Below are positions 18,959 through 24,000 of a stretch of 24,000 nucleotides of DNA, piece by piece (the first letter of the stretch is position 1; each line of letters begins with the position of its first letter). The position numbers were made by a program, and so were the translations under genes. The stretch is from NCBI GenBank assembly GCA_026417655.1, contig JAOACS010000010.1:45745-69744 (forward strand), written 5' to 3'. The stretch is from Syntrophobacterales bacterium (GTDB taxonomy: Bacteria > Desulfobacterota > Syntrophobacteria > Syntrophobacterales > Thermodesulforhabdaceae). Below the pieces are notes generated by a model that ran no database searches, was not told the DNA's origin, and worked only from the letters and a program-made list of their open reading frames with translations.

Positions 18959-19837
18959 ATGAGTATATGGGTTAATGCTGAAACCAGAGTGCTCGTCCAA
19001 GGTATCACAGGAAGAGAGGGGCAATTTCATGCTCGACAATGTATAGCCTACGGGACGAAGGTCGTAGCAGGCGTTACACCCGGAAAGGGCGGTCAGTATA
19101 TGGATGAAGTGCCGGTTTTCAATACGGTGAAGGAAGCTGTTAGAGAAACGGGTGCTAATTGCTCTCTTATTTTTGTTCCACCAACCTTTGCTGCCGATGC
19201 AATTTTGGAATCGATAGACGCAGGCTTACCACTTATTGTTGCAATTACCGAAGGCATACCTGTTCTTGATATGATGAGGGTTAAAGGAGCTCTAAAAAGC
19301 TCTTCCTCTAGGCTCATTGGACCCAACTGTCCAGGTATTATAACCCCAGGACAGGCTAAGGTTGGTATTATGCCTGGCCATATTCACAGACCAGGCAATA
19401 TTGGTGTTGTTTCTAGATCGGGTACTCTTACCTACGAGGTCGTTCACCAGCTCACCCTTCAGGGTCTCGGGCAAAGCACGTGTATAGGCATTGGCGGCGA
19501 TCCGATAAACGGCACAAATTTCATAGACTGTCTCAAGGCTTTTCAGGAGGATCCCGAGACTAAAGGTATTGTGATGGTGGGAGAAATCGGTGGTTCCGCC
19601 GAAGAGGAGGCTGCTGAGTTTGTAAAAACCTTTGTAACAAAGCCAGTTGTTGGGTTTGTTGCGGGCCTTACAGCTCCACCAGGACGCCGTATGGGACATG
19701 CGGGGGCGATAATAAGCGGTTCAAGCGGAACTGCCCAGGCCAAGATAGCGGCTATGGAAGCTGCTGGTATTGCGGTGGTGAAAAACCTTGGCCACCTGGG
19801 AGAACTTTGCAAAGAGATATTTTCAAAAGCAACATAA
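18959..19837 (+). CDS. sucD: Succinate--CoA ligase alpha subunit
   Basis: [86 protein letters not shown]. Confidence 0.97.
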   Translation: MSIWVNAETRVLVQGITGREGQFHARQCIAYGTKVVAGVTPGKGGQYMDEVPVFNTVKEAVRETGANCSLIFVPPTFAADAILESIDAGLPLIVAITEGIPVLDMMRVKGALKSSSSRLIGPNCPGIITPGQAKVGIMPGHIHRPGNIGVVSRSGTLTYEVVHQLTLQGLGQSTCIGIGGDPINGTNFIDCLKAFQEDPETKGIVMVGEIGGSAEEEAAEFVKTFVTKPVVGFVAGLTAPPGRRMGHAGAIISGSSGTAQAKIAAMEAAGIAVVKNLGHLGELCKEIFSKAT

Positions 19838-19845
19838 AGCATAAG

Positions 19846-19877
19846 GCAGAGGGAGCTAAAAACCCCTCTGCTTTTTA
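19846..19877 (+). terminator. Rho-independent terminator after sucCD
   Basis: GCAGAGGG (19846-19853) / CCCTCTGC (19864-19871) followed by TTTTT. Confidence 0.85.
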
Positions 19878-19884
19878 TTAAAGA

Positions 19885-20091
19885 CTACTTCATAGCCTTA
19901 ACAGGCTTTACTACAAGTCCCGACCTAAGACATCTCGAACAAACCCTAACTCTTAAGATTCTTCCCTCAGGTGTCATGTGTTTAACGGACTGAAGGTTAG
20001 GAAGCCATCTTCTTCTAGTCTTATTGTTCGCGTGGCTTACGTTGTTTCCCGTTACAGGCCCCTTCCCACAAAAAACACATCGTTGACTCAT
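19885..20091 (-). CDS. rpmB: 50S ribosomal protein L28
   Basis: [58 protein letters not shown]. Start revised to the ATG at 20091; the listed ORF reads ~31 codons further upstream. Confidence 0.94.
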   Translation of the reverse strand: MSQRCVFCGKGPVTGNNVSHANNKTRRRWLPNLQSVKHMTPEGRILRVRVCSRCLRSGLVVKPVKAMK

Positions 20092-20301
20092 AGATTCCAT
20101 CTCCCCAAGAAAAGTATATTTTTCAACAAAACCGCCAAGGGCTCTTAGCATAATCCTTGGCTCAAGGCAAATAAAATCCAGCAATCTATAACTCTTAGCA
20201 AGATCTTAACAAGAATATCCTTGAAAAAAACGGTACCCATGACTATAAGATACGATTGTTATAAACTTTCCTATATATAAACATTTGGGGAGGGATACTT
20301 A

Positions 20302-22686
20302 ATGAAGCTTAGCACCAAACTTTTGGGTGGATTTGGAACCGTCGTTATCATTACTATTCTAGTGGGGCTTGTGGGATGGATAGCTACAAGTAAGCTTGGA
20401 AAAGCTATCCATGTCCTAAAAAGTGAAACTATCCCCGCTGTTTCTTATATAGATGATCTTGAATCCTCCCTAAAGTCCCTAAGAATAGCCACAAGAACCC
20501 TTATGAGCCCTCTTCTTTCTGAAGAAGATCGGGAAAGGCAATTTAAGAATATTGAAGAAGCAAAAAAAGAGATTGCCAAAACAGTAAAGTCCTTCGAAGC
20601 TATTCCAAACAAACCTCCTCAGGTGATTGAATTATGGAATCAGCTTATACCAAAACTTAATGAATACCTCTCTGGCGTAGAGATCTTTTTAAATAAAGCA
20701 AAGGAAATAAAATCCACAGGTATAACTAATCCCATGACTCTAGCTAGTGAAGTAACATATTTTCAAATGCTTCATTATAGCACCATGGTTAAGGTTAGTG
20801 ATCTTATACAATTTAATGAAGATTTCCAAGGTGGTGAAGACGCCTCTCAGTGCGAGTTTGGAAAGTGGCTTGCCTCATTTAGAACCGAAAATGAAGAGCT
20901 AAAAAAGCACCTAGCGGAAATAGACGAACATCACAAAAACTTTCATCAAGGGATTGAAAAAATTAAAAAGGCAGTAAAGGATGGGGATATAGCTAGGGCC
21001 ACCATGGTGTATCGCATGGAGCTTAAGCCTCAAGCCAGGCAAGTTTTTGATCATTTTCATGAGATAAGGGGATTAATTTCCAAGGGTGAAGCCCTATATA
21101 GAGAAATGTTACGTTATGGTATGGAGGATCTTGTTGCTAAGCAAAGAATAGTTGTAGAAATGTTAGAAAAGGCAACGAAAATCATCGATGATAAGCAAAA
21201 TGCGGACATTAGACTCTCGGAATCATCTCAGCGCCTTTCAAGGATAATGATTCTTTCTGGAGTTCTCTTAGGGGTTATCTTTGCTATTTTAATAGGCGGT
21301 TACATCGCAATCTCAACAACTCGCTCAATTCGCCGAATAGCATCGGGTCTATATGAAGGATCGGAACAGATAACGTTAGCTGCTACCCAGGTTGCCTCTT
21401 CAAGTCAAGTCCTTGCTGAAATGACCTCACAGCAGGCCGCGGCTGTAGAGGAGACATCATCAGCTTTGGAGGAAATGGCCTCCATGACTCGTCAAAACGC
21501 CAGTAACGTAGTAGAAGCAGACAGACTCATGAAAGAGACTAAGGAAATAGTATCAGAGGCTAATATATCCATGGAGGATTTGGCCCAATCGATGGAAAAA
21601 ATTAACCAGGCTAGTGGGGAAACCTTCAAAATCATTAAAACCATTGATGAGATCGCCTTCCAGACAAATCTTCTAGCCTTAAATGCCGCAGTTGAAGCAG
21701 CAAGAGCTGGCGAAGCAGGGGCAGGATTTGCGGTGGTAGCCGACGAAGTTCGATCGCTTGCAATAAGAGCTGCCGAAGCAGCTAAGAATACGGCATCCCT
21801 TATTGAAACCACCATCACAAAGGTAAGGGAAGGAACAGCAATAGCAGAAAGAACGAGGGAAACGTTCCTAAGGGTTGCTCAGAGTTCGGATAGGGTATCA
21901 GAACTCCTGGGAGAAATCGCAGTCTCATCTGAAGAACAGAAGCAGGGTATAGAGCAAGTAAATAGAGCCATTGCTGAAACGGATAAAGCTATCCAGAAAA
22001 ATGCCGCTAATGCCGAAGAATCAGCCTCAGCCGCTGAAGAATTGAGTGCTCAAGCTAACGATCTTAAATCCTTCGCAAAGGAGCTTCTGGCCCTAGTTGG
22101 AAAAGCCGAGATTGATAGGGGCGCTCCTATGAAAAAAGCTACGGAACCGAAAGCCTTACCGGCCACTCTGTCACCAAAAATGGCCGAAACAAAGAAAGCT
22201 CTTTCGACAATAAAACCTTTTGTGCAAGCAAAAACTCCGTCATCGGGTGTATCCAAAAAGGTCTTTATAAAACCAATAATGGTTTGGTCAAAGGAATATG
22301 AGGTCGGGGTCTCAGAAATCGATGAGCAACATCAAAGACTCTTCAAAATGGTTAACGACCTAAATGAAGCTATGGCGAGAGGGCAGGGAAAGGATGTGCT
22401 GGATCAGATTCTCACTGGGCTCGTCGATTATGCGGCTAGACACTTCCAAACGGAAGAAATGTATATGAGAAAGGCTAACTATCCAGAACTGGACAGCCAT
22501 AGGGAGATTCACGAGAGATTAGCTAATAGAGTTCACGAAATGGTTGACCGTTATAAAATGGGAGAAGTAGGACTCGTAATAGAGCTTTTGAATTTTCTAC
22601 AGGACTGGCTTAAAAAACATATCCTCGGAACAGATAAAAGGTATGGACAATATCTTTCTGGAATGGATTTAAGATCGATGTTTTAA
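20302..22686 (+). CDS. Methyl-accepting chemotaxis protein with periplasmic CZB-like segment and C-terminal bacteriohemerythrin domain
   Basis: N-terminal TM ([26 protein letters not shown]), QCEFGKWL...H motif, second TM ([23 protein letters not shown]), MCP signalling hairpin [40 protein letters not shown], then hemerythrin ligand pattern (DEQHQ, HFQTEE, HREIHE, HILGTD). Confidence 0.95.
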   Translation: MKLSTKLLGGFGTVVIITILVGLVGWIATSKLGKAIHVLKSETIPAVSYIDDLESSLKSLRIATRTLMSPLLSEEDRERQFKNIEEAKKEIAKTVKSFEAIPNKPPQVIELWNQLIPKLNEYLSGVEIFLNKAKEIKSTGITNPMTLASEVTYFQMLHYSTMVKVSDLIQFNEDFQGGEDASQCEFGKWLASFRTENEELKKHLAEIDEHHKNFHQGIEKIKKAVKDGDIARATMVYRMELKPQARQVFDHFHEIRGLISKGEALYREMLRYGMEDLVAKQRIVVEMLEKATKIIDDKQNADIRLSESSQRLSRIMILSGVLLGVIFAILIGGYIAISTTRSIRRIASGLYEGSEQITLAATQVASSSQVLAEMTSQQAAAVEETSSALEEMASMTRQNASNVVEADRLMKETKEIVSEANISMEDLAQSMEKINQASGETFKIIKTIDEIAFQTNLLALNAAVEAARAGEAGAGFAVVADEVRSLAIRAAEAAKNTASLIETTITKVREGTAIAERTRETFLRVAQSSDRVSELLGEIAVSSEEQKQGIEQVNRAIAETDKAIQKNAANAEESASAAEELSAQANDLKSFAKELLALVGKAEIDRGAPMKKATEPKALPATLSPKMAETKKALSTIKPFVQAKTPSSGVSKKVFIKPIMVWSKEYEVGVSEIDEQHQRLFKMVNDLNEAMARGQGKDVLDQILTGLVDYAARHFQTEEMYMRKANYPELDSHREIHERLANRVHEMVDRYKMGEVGLVIELLNFLQDWLKKHILGTDKRYGQYLSGMDLRSMF

Positions 22687-22802
22687 AGCCACCTATATGT
22701 AGTTCCCCATCTATAAACCTTGGTACATCAACATCTAGGGGTTGTTGCTAGTCCTAGGTCATGTTATTTTTCTGGGTGGAGGCTATCTTTATTCAGTGCT
22801 AG

Positions 22803-23415
22803 GAACAACATAGATTCTCAAAAAATGTATTAAGATGGATAATTGCTTCGATAATAACCACAATAATCCAGGAGGTAGCCTCTACATTTTCCATAAGTCT
22901 CTATGGATTATCTAATTTTGTAGGACACATATTCAAAGTTATCTCCTTCTATTCTCTATACAAAGGGTTCATAGAAAAAAGTCTAAGGAAACCCTACGAG
23001 CTTCTCTGGAGAGAACTTAAGATAAGTTGGCGAGATGCGAAAAAGACAGAATTCAACACTACTTAGATATAGTCGGCGTTATCATTATTGTAATAGGCAA
23101 CAACGGAAAGGTGCAGATTATCAACAAAAAGGGATGTGAAACTTTAGGCTACTATGCTGAGTTCATGCGAAGACATAACAGCTCAAAAAATTGTTAAAAT
23201 AGAGGGAGAAGATTCTCTGGGAACTACAAACTACTCTTCTAGACAAAATTAAAGATTCTTAAAGGGCTAATTCCTATATGTCCTTCCTGGAAAAGAGTCC
23301 GGAAGGACTAAGGCTTTTGAGTTCAGATAGAAACACATGTCACGAATGTTCAAAAAAGCTTTACCATGAGATATATGAAAAGATTGAAAGGAATAGAAAT
23401 TCTTCGCAAGGAAAG
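22803..23415 (+). pseudogene. Decayed MASE3-PAS sensor protein gene
   Basis: Conserved segments split by stops/frameshifts: VLRWIIASIITTIIQEVASTFSISLYGLSNFVGHIFKVISFYSLYKGFIEKSLRKPYELLWRELKIS (22827 on; MASE3 C-terminal-like); YLDIVGVIIIVIGNNGKVQIINKKGCETLGY (PAS); ILKGLIPICPSWKRVRKD*GF*VQIETHV then TCHECSKKLYHEIYEKIE (Cys-motif tail seen in PAS sensors). Confidence 0.8.
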
Positions 23416-23427
23416 TAGTGGAGGGGC

Positions 23428-24000
23428 AGATGGAATTTTTAAAGGTTCTTTCAATTAGTGAGGTCATCAATCTCATAGGGAGTTTTCCCAAACTAGATAT
23501 TGAGGTTGTCCCCATTGAAGAAGCTTTAGGGAGAGTTCTCGCTGAAAATATCTACGCTCCTGAACCTGTTCCCCATTTTCGTAGAGCCACAATGGATGGC
23601 TATGCTGTAAGAGCTAGAGATACCTTTGGAGCAAGTGAATCTATGCCAGCCCTGTTAGAAATTGTGGGATCCGTAGAAATGGGCAAGGCTCCTACCTGCG
23701 TTATAGGACCTAATCAAGCTGCCTCCATTCCAACAGGGGGAGCCGTTCCTGATGGGGCCGATGCCGTGGTAATGGTTGAATATACCACACTTATAGATGA
23801 ATCTACCATAGAGGTCTACAGGCCTGTTGCTCCTGGAGATCATATAATGGCTCCTGGAGAAGACATTTCGGAGGGAAGCCTTTTATTCGAAGCCGGGAGA
23901 ATTCTAAAACCTCAGGACATTGGAACACTTGCTGGTCTTGGGATAACCGAGGTCAGAGTACACCGGAAACCCAGAGTTGGTATAATCTCCACAGGAGATG
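23428..24000 (+). CDS. moeA: Molybdopterin molybdenumtransferase, 5' part (runs off the window)
   Basis: Not in the ORF track because no stop lies in the window. MEFLKVLSISEVINLIGSFPKLDIEVVPIEEALGRVLAENIYAPEPVPHFRRATMDGYAVRARDTFGA...IPTGGAVPDGADAVVMVEYT...VAPGDHIMAPGEDISEG...RVGIISTGD; GGAGGGG RBS. Confidence 0.93.

Noticed and set aside
19292-19699. 135 aa minus-strand ORF inside sucD
   Set aside because: Antisense to the highly conserved sucD; no motif support. The same reasoning applies to the other antisense ORFs in aacS, sucC, sucD and the chemoreceptor gene.
1-24000. Search for CRISPR arrays, transposases, prophage genes, retrons, toxin-antitoxin pairs or defence islands
   Set aside because: No regularly spaced direct repeats, no transposase or integrase motifs and no RT or nuclease-like ORFs seen. 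I find no evidence for a new defence or mobile system here.

Overview
This 24 kb window looks like an ordinary chromosomal segment from a Gram-negative bacterium, probably Desulfobacterota-like (inferred from gene content, not tested). Supported content: the C-terminus of a UPF0182-family protein; a DUF1992 protein; a Rossmann/NAD-binding-like protein; a cobalamin-riboswitch-controlled BtuF/BtuC/BtuD-type ABC operon (minus strand); an Slp-family lipoprotein; a NitT/TauT-type ABC ATPase with a double-length permease; an SMR-family transporter; glf (UDP-galactopyranose mutase) beside a glycosyltransferase patch with visible decay (a GT2 remnant and a frameshifted GT4); a Cys-rich protein; acetoacetyl-CoA synthetase; an HDAC-family hydrolase; sucC-sucD; rpmB; a chemoreceptor with a periplasmic CZB-like motif and a C-terminal hemerythrin; an unannotated MASE3-PAS pseudogene; and the 5' part of moeA, which is absent from the ORF track. 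I see no convincing new defence or mobile system. The best second-look items are the two unannotated decayed genes, the riboswitch/terminator architecture with its start-codon correction, the frameshifted glycosyltransferase, the chemoreceptor domain combination and the Cys-rich orphan protein.
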